Of a stretch of 64,000 bases of DNA, positions 1-8,590 are shown piece by piece. Source of the DNA: a virus; the IMG/VR virus record IMGVR_UViG_3300039412_001263. One strand, 5' to 3'. Below the pieces are notes generated by a model that searched no databases, had not been told where the DNA came from, and saw only the letters and a list, made by a program, of their open reading frames with translations. Numbering within the stretch: the stretch's first letter is position 1; every line of letters begins with the position of its first letter. The position numbers and the translations under genes are program-made.

Positions 1-667
1 AGTTAATGACGCAAATGATATTGTTTATGGTTTTTTAACGCCATCTTCAACCACTGGAATTCAGCTAGTTCTTCGAGGAGTTGATTTTCCTAAACAAACT
101 TTGCTTCTTTACCAGTACGTTCACGCTTACGCAGTACGCGACTTCTTAAACCCAGTTGGTAGCATCACCGTAAGCTATGGAGACACAACCAGTATGACGA
201 ACAGCGTAACCATAACAATCACAAACGCATCTGACAGCACAGTAGCTTTTATGCAAGTCTTTTCAGGCGTAGGTTATCAAACGTTTAGTTACACATGGGC
301 TTATGCTGATAACGCTACAAACTACGAAGTAACTGTCGCCATTGACCATTTAACGTTTGGGTCTTTCAGTTATAAACAGTATTTGATAGGGGAATACACT
401 ACGCCAACAGCACCATTTAGCTTAGACTTCCTCGGCACATTATCCATATCAACCGCATGGATGATCCCAGCCTTGCTAATCATCTTTGTTGCTGGGTGCT
501 TCAGCGAATTATCTGCTGAAGTAGGGGGAGTATTAACAACTATTGTAGCCATAATTTTGGCGGCGATGGGTTGGATTCCAATAACAAGCGCAGCCTTGGT
601 TACTGCTTTAGCGTTAAGCATCATGGCTGGCATCGTAACCGCAAGAAGAAGGATGCTTTATTCATGA
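1..667 (+). CDS. 3' part of the 429-aa membrane-anchored surface protein (full copy at 49477..50766)
   Basis: Translation identical to the C-terminal part of 49477..50766; truncated by the window start. Confidence 0.9.
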   Translation, partial: VNDANDIVYGFLTPSSTTGIQLVLRGVDFPKQTLLLYQYVHAYAVRDFLNPVGSITVSYGDTTSMTNSVTITITNASDSTVAFMQVFSGVGYQTFSYTWAYADNATNYEVTVAIDHLTFGSFSYKQYLIGEYTTPTAPFSLDFLGTLSISTAWMIPALLIIFVAGCFSELSAEVGGVLTTIVAIILAAMGWIPITSAALVTALALSIMAGIVTARRRMLYS

Positions 668-708
668 CACAACAAAGGAGAGTGAGTTAGATTCGCGTTC
701 AGTGGGAA

Positions 709-1110
709 TTGTTGCTTGGCTTGTTCATAATTAACTTGAGCGTAGGCGTAGTTATGGGTTTAGCCTTGCCAGGAACAGCTTATGTTGCCGCAGGAACAAG
801 TTTGAATGCTACGCAGTATGAGCAGCAATTCAATAGCACCAAAATCGCTACTAGTTGGGGTGGAACTCCTTTCAGTGGCATACCCGTAATAGGCGACATC
901 TTCGCAGGCTTCAGCTATCTTTACCAGAACCTACAGTACCTCATTGATGGCTTGCCAAAGTTTCTGGATTTCATAAAGACAAGTTACATAACAGATCCGC
1001 AAGGGCAACTTGCGTTTGAAGTAATCGCAGACGCAATAAGAGCAATCTACGCATTCCTAATAACCATATTCTTCATAGAATTCATCAGTGGCCGCTTTTT
1101 CAGCGATTAG
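709..1110 (+). CDS. Small virion-type membrane protein (two hydrophobic segments, NAT/NST sequons)
   Basis: N- and C-terminal hydrophobic helices around a polar loop. The frame is open back to ATT at 691 (IRVQWE), just after a GGAG/GTGAG RBS. Confidence 0.75.
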   Translation: MLLGLFIINLSVGVVMGLALPGTAYVAAGTSLNATQYEQQFNSTKIATSWGGTPFSGIPVIGDIFAGFSYLYQNLQYLIDGLPKFLDFIKTSYITDPQGQLAFEVIADAIRAIYAFLITIFFIEFISGRFFSD

Positions 1111-1211
1111 GAGTTTATAACGGAAGTGTTAAACATGATAGAACTCGAAAAAGAAATGGTAAAAAATTTATACTTAAACAGTGTTAAATATGTAAATGAG
1201 TCAGGGCTTGT

Positions 1212-1424
1212 ATGGAGACACCTGTAAAAATTAGGGGTCCAGTTGCTGACATGCAGGATTTAGTTAATATTGCTAGGATAAAAGGTAAACGTTTGCTCGG
1301 TGTTGACCGTGTTAAAGTCAAGCCTGAAATGTACTCGGACGGCGAAGAGTATATTTTAGTTGTTGAAGCCGATGTTTGTTGCAAAGTTTCCCGTTTAGGA
1401 AACCGTGAAAAGAAAAGCGGTTGA
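1212..1424 (+). CDS. Hypothetical protein (70 aa)
   Basis: ORF tightly packed; its stop overlaps the next start (TTGA). Confidence 0.55.
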   Translation: METPVKIRGPVADMQDLVNIARIKGKRLLGVDRVKVKPEMYSDGEEYILVVEADVCCKVSRLGNREKKSG

Positions 1425-4300
1425 AGTCATTCAAGGCACGAAATTTATTCGGTTCCAAAGCATCAAGCAAAGCTTTTTCTTTGCTTCTTATTCTATTGTT
1501 ATCATTAAGTTCGCTTGCGGTTCTTGTTCCAAAAACATCTCAAGTAGCAAAGGCAACTGGCGTTAGCACTCCCTATTACGGTTGCGATGACATTCTTGTA
1601 GGCTGGCAACAATACAGCACTTACGCTTTATGGAGTACAGCAATGGATAGCTTTTTGACTACGATGAAAGCCGCTGGCGGAAACGTTGTTAGCGTACTTG
1701 TTTATTCTGATGTTAACACGAACTCTTTTTACAGTTACACAAGTGGTTCATACTTTAATTTCGGCTATATGTCCCCTAGCTTTATTTTTTATGCTGGTGC
1801 AAACGGAAAGAATGGGCAGAGCACTACTTTTGCTACAGTATTGGCGGATTTCTCAGCGAAGCTTCATGCGAAAGGGATGTTGCTTGACCTTCAACCTTGC
1901 CCGCCACCATCAGCTACTATGGGAGTTCCATTTCAAACTATGATGTCAACAACTGCCAACCAGAACAATTACATCGCAAACATTTCGCAAATGATTACTG
2001 ACACAAATTGCGATATAGTTAATGCCTACAGTGAACCGTTTGGACCACTAACGTACGGATATGCAAGTACAGGTCTTATGAATAGCTACATAAGTTTCCT
2101 TAACACTGCTGTGCCGATATGGAAAGCGGTTAAATCTGGTTTAACTGTTATGGTTATGGGGTTGCCTAATTGGGATAATGGACCATTCATTACTGCTGGT
2201 GGAATGTCTGGGTTACCTTCAGGCACAATATTATGTTATCACATGTATTACTGGTACACTTATCCTCCTGCAAGTTACTCGTATGAACCATTTGCTGCTG
2301 ATTACTATAATGGAAACTTTGCTCAAGGAAAAGCTGACTGGATAAGTTGGATGGATACTTATGGTCAAGTGAGTTACTGTCTCGCTAATAACATTCCATT
2401 TTGGTTTGAAGCATTAGGATGCAACCAAGTATGTCCGAACGCCATTCAGTTTCTTGCAGATGTAACTGCTTATTGCAACGCGAGGAGTATAGGGTGGTGC
2501 GCATCTGGCAGTCCAAGCGCTCAGTTTACATTCAATAGCCCAACAGTTTTAAACAGTTACGGTATAACGATGTTTTCAAACATTTCAAGTAGTACGCCAT
2601 CCAGTACAACGGACACAATAGGAAGCACATCATCACAACTGACAATGGGATTAGGCACGATGCGAGTATGCGCGATAACTGCAAGCGCATCTGGAATTTT
2701 ATCAACAATAGGAATTAACGTTCAAACAACCTCAAGCGGACACATCGCTTTAGCTATATATACTGCTTATACAGGCGGTGGAACAGGTACTCTTAGCGGA
2801 AAAATAGGTTACACCGCAAACACATCTATTGTTGCAGGTTGGAATGACCTTGCAGTCATAGGAAGCCCTAACATTGTAGCAGCACACACTTACTATATAG
2901 GTTATGAATCGGACGATGGAACAACAGCGAAGTTTTACCTTGCCTATTCAGGCGCAGAATACATTTTTATCGAAACATACAATACGTTTCCAGACCCAAC
3001 AACCGCTTACAACACTGATGGCGCAACATGGAACATGCGGATGACTTATACGCAATATTACAACATCACTGTGTATAGTTCTTATGGAGAACCAACAGAA
3101 AACGAAACCCTCTCCGCAGGCAGCAACTCTACTGTTGGCGTGACGAGCCCTTGGACTGGCACAACAGGAACCCAATATATCTGCACAGGCTACAGCATAG
3201 ATGGCGGTGGTTCTACGGCTGGAACAAGCTACCTCTTCAGCAACATACAAGCGAATCACACGATAACGTTTAATTGGCAAACCCAATACTACCTCACCGT
3301 CACAAGCCCATACGGTTCACCTACGGGAGGGGGATGGTACGCTTCTGGTTCATCTACAACCTTCTATGTTCTACCCAATAACAACATTTATGGTGGCGTA
3401 GGAATCCTATATGTCAATGCATATTGGGCAGGTCAAGGCTCAGGAAGCTACAGTGGCTACTCCACAAGCAACACAATCACCATGAATAACCCCATAAACG
3501 AAACCGCTTCATGGACTACGCAATACTTGCTTACCGCTCACACAGATGCTAACTCAATTATAACTCCCACTACTGAATGGGTAGACTCAGGTTCAACTGT
3601 GACTTTCAATTACACAGCAAACGTTGGGCACTCAATACAATACGTGTTAGTTGATGGCTCAAATGTAACAGTAACAGGAAACTACACATTCACAAACGTT
3701 CAAGCACCACACTCAATCACTATATCAACATTCACTGCTCTTTTCACTATAACGGCCAGTGACGATGCACACTCAATTATTTCGCCTTCCGGAGCCATCG
3801 GCATAACCGCTTTTGGCAGCGACCAAACATTCGTTTTTACTGCATCAAGCGGCTATTACGTAAATCAAGTTTTCGTTGACGGCTCACCAGTCACCCTAGC
3901 ATCCTCTTACACCTTCATCAACATTGCAGCCGACCACACGATAGCCATAACTTCCAGCATCATATCAGCAATGCCATCACCCACAACCCCAGCAACTCTC
4001 CCAACCACCTTAAACGTAGCACCGTTTTGGCAATACCTATTCTCAGGTAATTTCCTAGGATTCTTCCAAGCAATCTACCTAAACGCGTTCGGATTACAAG
4101 ACATCCTATACGGCTCAATATGCATGTTGTTCCTTGTTCCCCTCTATATTGAATCAAAAAGCCTTCTACTATTATCAATAATTTGGATTCTGCTGGGCAG
4201 CAGTTTCTTGGCACTTATGCCAGCCGTGAGCGGGCTCGCAGTCATATTTTTAATTTTAGGGATTTCATCTTTACTCTGGCGTTTGGTACATCCAAATTAG
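1421..4300 (+). CDS. Secreted multidomain protein: GH5/clan-A-like TIM barrel, beta-sandwich, InlB-B-like repeats, C-terminal multi-TM anchor
   Basis: Signal peptide; YSEP (acid/base NEP-like), YHMYY, PFWFEALG (nucleophile-like) and IGW motifs; YYLTVTSPYGSPTGGGWY-type repeats; about 3 C-terminal TM helices; many NxS/T sequons. Confidence 0.75.
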   Translation: MKSFKARNLFGSKASSKAFSLLLILLLSLSSLAVLVPKTSQVAKATGVSTPYYGCDDILVGWQQYSTYALWSTAMDSFLTTMKAAGGNVVSVLVYSDVNTNSFYSYTSGSYFNFGYMSPSFIFYAGANGKNGQSTTFATVLADFSAKLHAKGMLLDLQPCPPPSATMGVPFQTMMSTTANQNNYIANISQMITDTNCDIVNAYSEPFGPLTYGYASTGLMNSYISFLNTAVPIWKAVKSGLTVMVMGLPNWDNGPFITAGGMSGLPSGTILCYHMYYWYTYPPASYSYEPFAADYYNGNFAQGKADWISWMDTYGQVSYCLANNIPFWFEALGCNQVCPNAIQFLADVTAYCNARSIGWCASGSPSAQFTFNSPTVLNSYGITMFSNISSSTPSSTTDTIGSTSSQLTMGLGTMRVCAITASASGILSTIGINVQTTSSGHIALAIYTAYTGGGTGTLSGKIGYTANTSIVAGWNDLAVIGSPNIVAAHTYYIGYESDDGTTAKFYLAYSGAEYIFIETYNTFPDPTTAYNTDGATWNMRMTYTQYYNITVYSSYGEPTENETLSAGSNSTVGVTSPWTGTTGTQYICTGYSIDGGGSTAGTSYLFSNIQANHTITFNWQTQYYLTVTSPYGSPTGGGWYASGSSTTFYVLPNNNIYGGVGILYVNAYWAGQGSGSYSGYSTSNTITMNNPINETASWTTQYLLTAHTDANSIITPTTEWVDSGSTVTFNYTANVGHSIQYVLVDGSNVTVTGNYTFTNVQAPHSITISTFTALFTITASDDAHSIISPSGAIGITAFGSDQTFVFTASSGYYVNQVFVDGSPVTLASSYTFINIAADHTIAITSSIISAMPSPTTPATLPTTLNVAPFWQYLFSGNFLGFFQAIYLNAFGLQDILYGSICMLFLVPLYIESKSLLLLSIIWILLGSSFLALMPAVSGLAVIFLILGISSLLWRLVHPN

Positions 4301-4304
4301 TTTA

Positions 4305-4958
4305 TTACAAGTGCGCTTGCCAAAGTGGTTTAGATTTTGGCAACTCTTTTAAAACACCATTTTCATTACTGGTATGGCGCTTCAGCCAGTTACAATTTGC
4401 ACAGAGAATCTGGTAACCTTTTTTGCCATCAATTATTTTCTTGTAGATTCCTATTTCTTTTATATTTCGTATTTCTTTTGTTCCTCCACCATTGATATGA
4501 TCTATTTGTAAGGCACGTATATCAATCATACCTCCAGGTACGGCACAATTAGGATTAGAGCACTTATTTCCTAAAATTTCATAGGCTTTTAACTTAAGTT
4601 TTAAATTAAAGGCTTTTCTGGTAGCGTATCTTTGCTCTCTAGTACGTAACCTATATTTAATTACTTCTTTTTGGTGTGTTACATAATACTTCCTATTGTT
4701 TTCTTTCTGTTCTTCTCTATGTGTAGCATAATATTCTTTTGCATCTTTGTTTAATTGTTCTCTATGCGCTTCTCGGTATCTCCTACAAACTGCCCTACAT
4801 TGTTCTAAATGTTTTTGCCGATATTCTCTACATTTTAATAGTTGCTGTTTTCTTGTTTGTTGATAGTGCTCTTTTCTTTGTTGCTTGATTCTTTCTAAGT
4901 TTTCTATCCGATATTTTATATCGAAAAGGTATTTTTGGTATGGGTCTTTGTATGGCAT
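4305..4958 (-). CDS. HNH endonuclease with charged helical N-terminus
   Basis: C..C...LQIDHINGGG...YQILCANCN motif. Confidence 0.85.
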   Translation of the reverse strand: MPYKDPYQKYLFDIKYRIENLERIKQQRKEHYQQTRKQQLLKCREYRQKHLEQCRAVCRRYREAHREQLNKDAKEYYATHREEQKENNRKYYVTHQKEVIKYRLRTREQRYATRKAFNLKLKLKAYEILGNKCSNPNCAVPGGMIDIRALQIDHINGGGTKEIRNIKEIGIYKKIIDGKKGYQILCANCNWLKRHTSNENGVLKELPKSKPLWQAHL

Positions 4959-4978
4959 AGTCTGTGTTCCTCGTTAAG

Positions 4979-5023
4979 TTTGTTACAACCTTGTGCAAAG
5001 TGTTATATAAGGGTTGTTACAAC
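4979..5023. promoter_or_regulatory. Bidirectional TATA (TTATATAA, 5003-5010) flanked by two (G/T)TTGTTACAAC boxes
   Basis: Boxes at 4979-4989 and 5013-5023 (the second is a perfect palindrome), between divergent ORFs starting at 4958 and 5044. Confidence 0.6.
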
Positions 5024-5043
5024 TCTATTTAGTGGCGAATAAA

Positions 5044-5169
5044 ATGCCGTTTAAAGATAAAGAAAAAGCAAAAGCCTATTTCAAAGCGTACAATGACGCA
5101 AGAGCAAAACTTGTTAAAGAAGCGATGCAGGCATTAAAAGAAAAACAGGAAAAGGCAGGTGAAAAATAA
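5044..5169 (+). CDS. Small charged helical protein (41 aa)
   Basis: Translated by hand: MPFKDKEKAKAYFKAYNDARAKLVKEAMQALKEKQEKAGEK; stop overlaps the next ATG. Confidence 0.5.
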   Translation: MPFKDKEKAKAYFKAYNDARAKLVKEAMQALKEKQEKAGEK

Positions 5170-5312
5170 TGAATAAGGAAATTAAACAAATAGCACATGA
5201 TGGTTTCATTAAAGGTTATCTTAAGGGTTACGGATGGCCACGATGGCCTAAAAACTGGGTACTGAAAGAAGCTGAGAAAGAATGGAAAAAAATCGAATAC
5301 CGCTTTGAATAA
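5169..5312 (+). CDS. Small hypothetical protein (47 aa)
   Basis: Translated by hand: MNKEIKQIAHDGFIKGYLKG...; coupled to the upstream stop. Confidence 0.45.
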   Translation: MNKEIKQIAHDGFIKGYLKGYGWPRWPKNWVLKEAEKEWKKIEYRFE

Positions 5313-5376
5313 AAAGTTGCATTTCTTTAGTTGTTTTCTGGGTTCTTTTTTGTTAGTGCATCCACAATAACTTGAA

Positions 5377-5598
5377 TTACTGTGTTGCTGAAGAAATAAA
5401 ACGCATGTATTGGTAGCCTAAATAAATCACGCTTACAGATGCTAAAACCATTTCAGGGTATAATATCCAAAGTCGAGGTTCAAGCCACAAAACGTAGCCT
5501 TGCGTAACTATAAGCGAAAATGATAGAGTAGAAATAAGGACTGACATACCTAAACAGGCTAAACCTAAAATGTGAAAAGCTATTTGTCTGTTCTTCAT
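5377..5598 (-). CDS. Small two-TM membrane protein
   Basis: Two hydrophobic segments; overlaps the upstream gene stop. Confidence 0.65.
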   Translation of the reverse strand: MKNRQIAFHILGLACLGMSVLISTLSFSLIVTQGYVLWLEPRLWILYPEMVLASVSVIYLGYQYMRFISSATQ

Positions 5599-5876
5599 TT
5601 AGATGCACTTGGAGCATAGCTTCTTTTTGGTTTTTCTGGTTGGATGACGATGAAGAAGTCGCTGAATTTCTTTAAAGCCTGTATTAGGTTGCTTGTGGCT
5701 ACTTGGTAGTATTGGCAATTTAAGCAAGCAGTTGGGTGCATAGTGTTGGTTTGCGTGTTGAGGTAAAGGTGAATTAGTCTCTGTGTTAATTCGCCTTCAG
5801 ATATGTTTAGACTTTCTGCTTTGCGTATATACTTTTCATGTTCTGTTGGTGTTAGATAAGCCCATGTTCTACTCAT
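5595..5876 (-). CDS. Ribbon-helix-helix-like DNA-binding protein with CxxC
   Basis: AYLTPTEHEKYIRKAESLNISEGELTQRLIHLYL pattern, then CLNC. Confidence 0.6.
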   Translation of the reverse strand: MSRTWAYLTPTEHEKYIRKAESLNISEGELTQRLIHLYLNTQTNTMHPTACLNCQYYQVATSNLIQALKKFSDFFIVIQPEKPKRSYAPSASK

Positions 5877-5977
5877 TTTCTACATGCCTTTATTTTAGAT
5901 AATCTTCTATGTTCTTCTTCAATCATCATTAAACATTCACAGCGTTATTTAATCATATCACTACTTAGTGAACTAAG

Positions 5978-5985
5978 TTTAAATA
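5978..5985 (+). promoter_or_regulatory. TATA box of the putative MCP gene
   Basis: TTTAAATA about 38 nt upstream of ATG 6023. Confidence 0.5.
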
Positions 5986-6022
5986 TTTATCGCATCAACA
6001 TAACTAGTTAAGGTAAAATAAA

Positions 6023-6400
6023 ATGTACTCTGTAAGAATAAACTTTTTGTGTGCATACCTGACAACGCTGTTTGCTGACGCTAAAGTTAGAGCTTGGGCA
6101 ATGATACCGAAGAAACTGATCCAGTTCCAAGAGAACCATCGTGCTATTGGTGGCGTGATCTACGTTTTGATTGGCTTAATGATTATGTTGCTCGTAGGCA
6201 TCATAGTTGTTAACGCACTGATTAACTCGCAGACACCGGACTCCACATGGAGTTCCTCAGCTAACACCACTTGGAAGAGCGTTCAAACCAACATTTGGAT
6301 TGCAATGGGCCTAGTCACTGTTGCTCTGATCATAGTTGGCGCGATGGCGATACTGAGCTACCTTAACATGGGTCAAGGTACAGGCAAAGGCGGATTCTAA
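6023..6400 (+). CDS. Putative major capsid protein (helical hairpin, spindle-virus type)
   Basis: Two long hydrophobic helices joined by a polar loop with an NTT sequon; leader ending ENHRA|IGGVI; own promoter and T-rich terminator; C-ending codons suggest high expression. Confidence 0.7.
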   Translation: MYSVRINFLCAYLTTLFADAKVRAWAMIPKKLIQFQENHRAIGGVIYVLIGLMIMLLVGIIVVNALINSQTPDSTWSSSANTTWKSVQTNIWIAMGLVTVALIIVGAMAILSYLNMGQGTGKGGF

Positions 6401-6424
6401 ACCAGCAAACGCTTACGCAAATAA

Positions 6425-6442
6425 TCTCCTCTTCTTTTTTTA
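6425..6442 (+). terminator. Oligo-T archaeal-type terminator after the MCP-like gene
   Basis: ctcctcttctttttttt pyrimidine run about 25 nt after the stop. Confidence 0.5.
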
Positions 6443-6467
6443 TTAAAGCCAATGGATAGAAGGTTAA

Positions 6468-7379
6468 ATGATGAAATCTCATAATCGCAAGCGCATAGTT
6501 TTCCCGTTGCTTCTCATTATGGTTTTGTTTGCTGGAACATTCATTCTTCAAGTGAAAGCTGATTCAACACCGCCAACAGCCACTAGTCCAAACACATCTA
6601 CAATGGTTGCGGGAGCATCATGCAAGTTTCAGGTGACGTTACATGATGAAACTGCCTTGGCAAACTACACTTTCGGATGCAACAACACGAATGTATGGGT
6701 GAATGAGACTTGGACAACCATTAGCGGGCTTTCCTATATAGCGAACTCGACTTATGTGCTAGATTCTACAGTTGGAGTTGTTGTTCAGTGGGAATACTGG
6801 TTTTCGGATTCAAGCAACAACACGGCTAACACTGGGGTTCAAACCTTAACAACAACAGTTGGGAGTCTTGACCACATAGTTGTTTCGCCTTCGTCTGCAA
6901 CGATACTGGCTGGAGACCAAGAAACTTATGTTGCCACAGCCTATGATGGCTACAGTCACAGTTTAGGCGTAGTCACAGGTTTAACTTCATGGACTATTAG
7001 CTCTGGAGCGAGAGGTTCATGGAGTGGCGCGACATACACATCATCCAAAGATGGAGCTTGGACTGTTACCGCCACTTACTTAGGTGCTCAGGCATCATCC
7101 ACATTAACTGTTACTCCAACGGTTACGCAACAGCACACAAACGCCGTTTTTACCAACGTGTACATAGCGCTTGGGCTTGTTGGTATTAGCTTGATTGCGC
7201 TGGCTTGCTTCCTCATTATGGGGTCTTTAAAGTCTGGAGATGCGAGTGCAGGAGCTTTTTTGGTCGGCATTATTATGTTGATAAGTACCGTTGTTGGGTT
7301 GGTTGTGGCGTTTATGGTAGCTATTGGCTTTCAAAACTCCATGGATACCAGTCTAGTTTTGTTGCGCATATTGTTATAG
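6468..7379 (+). CDS. Secreted Ig-like domain protein with MCP-like C-terminal membrane hairpin (putative minor virion protein)
   Basis: Signal peptide; DET.L..Y.FGCN domain; Big_2-like LDHIVVSPSSATILAG; C-terminal helix aligns with MCP helix 2. Confidence 0.7.
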   Translation: MMKSHNRKRIVFPLLLIMVLFAGTFILQVKADSTPPTATSPNTSTMVAGASCKFQVTLHDETALANYTFGCNNTNVWVNETWTTISGLSYIANSTYVLDSTVGVVVQWEYWFSDSSNNTANTGVQTLTTTVGSLDHIVVSPSSATILAGDQETYVATAYDGYSHSLGVVTGLTSWTISSGARGSWSGATYTSSKDGAWTVTATYLGAQASSTLTVTPTVTQQHTNAVFTNVYIALGLVGISLIALACFLIMGSLKSGDASAGAFLVGIIMLISTVVGLVVAFMVAIGFQNSMDTSLVLLRILL

Positions 7380-7463
7380 CTTTATTCCTTATTTTATTTT
7401 CCCCTTTTTTGTTTAAACGTGTAATAACAAATTTTAAATATATAAACAACCTACACTTAAAGC

Positions 7464-7754
7464 ATGGTACTCTCGGACACTATTAGTTACGTTACGCTTT
7501 TCGGTTTAACCATGATTTTTACCAGCTTTGCTCTTACGATTAAGGATAAGCTTTGGACTGTAGCACTCAAATTCATTGCTGGCTTGTTCTGGATTATTAT
7601 GGCAGTTGCCCAGTTCTATTTTATGGGTTCATCGGGGTTTCTTTTGATTTTGAGTTTGCCCTACGCGATTTTCGGGTTGATTTTTTGGATTGCGATTTAT
7701 AATGATTTTCTCGGCGACAAAAAAGATAGGATTTGGAAATTTGAAGACATCTAA
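7464..7754 (+). CDS. Three-TM small membrane protein
   Basis: Three hydrophobic segments. Confidence 0.7.
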   Translation: MVLSDTISYVTLFGLTMIFTSFALTIKDKLWTVALKFIAGLFWIIMAVAQFYFMGSSGFLLILSLPYAIFGLIFWIAIYNDFLGDKKDRIWKFEDI

Positions 7755-8037
7755 ACATGGCAAAGTAGTAGTTGATGATTCTGGGAATTTTGAGTTTGTG
7801 CCGGAAGGCATTGAGTATAAAGATGGCCGGTACTTTGAGAAACCTAAAGAAACAGTGGCACAAAAAGAAGTAAAAGTTGAACCTGCGCTCCTTCCGTCTT
7901 TGTCAGTGTTGCCACTTCCAACTACACAAGTGAAACAAGAACCGATTAGTTGGCGTGTTTGGGGCGGCTGGTTACTTGCGGGTTTTTCATGGGCGTTCTT
8001 TATAACATACGTTTTACTGGGGGTGATAATGAAATGA
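7741..8037 (+). CDS. Hypothetical protein with C-terminal TM anchor
   Basis: In-frame TTG at 7741 chosen as start; C-terminal hydrophobic helix; ATGA overlap with the next gene. Confidence 0.6.
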   Translation: MKTSKHGKVVVDDSGNFEFVPEGIEYKDGRYFEKPKETVAQKEVKVEPALLPSLSVLPLPTTQVKQEPISWRVWGGWLLAGFSWAFFITYVLLGVIMK

Positions 8038-8378
8038 ATAAGAAAATAGTTTTCGCTTCTTTAATGATTATTACTATTCTTGCTGGCATAGGTATAGCTT
8101 ATGCTACGAGTTATCTAATGGCAAGCAACTCCATCGCAGAAACGCCTCAACCCAAATATACGCTGACGCTTGCTACTAATTCGACATCGCCAGTAATAGG
8201 CGTGGACACAGTAAAATTAACAGCGACTTGTACCGACACTGCTTTTACTGGCACAGTAACTTTTACTTCTGGTTCTACATCTTTAGGAACGGCTGACGCG
8301 GTAGCTGGAGTCGCTATTCTAAACTGGACTCCAGTAGCAGGCACATTTAGCGTTGTGGCGACAGCTACACATCCATAA
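8034..8378 (+). CDS. Secreted Ig-like (Big_3-like) protein
   Basis: Start ATG 8034 (MNKKIVF...) after a GGTGA RBS; signal/anchor helix; TVKLTAT...TGTVTF...LGTA...G.A.L beta pattern. Confidence 0.7.
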   Translation: MNKKIVFASLMIITILAGIGIAYATSYLMASNSIAETPQPKYTLTLATNSTSPVIGVDTVKLTATCTDTAFTGTVTFTSGSTSLGTADAVAGVAILNWTPVAGTFSVVATATHP

Positions 8379-8590
8379 TTTCCTTCCTTTCCCTCTTTTT
8401 TGGATAAATTTAAATTGTAGTTGCGCCAAAAAGAATATTACATTTTCGTTTTTGTTTAAACAAGGGATAATTATTTATACGTGATACAATAGTTTGTATT
8501 TGGTGCATAGTTTGGGGTTTAAGCTAGATAATGAAGTTTACTTTTCATTTTTGTTTTTTGGTTTGCTGACAAAGGGGGTGAAAAAGAAAA

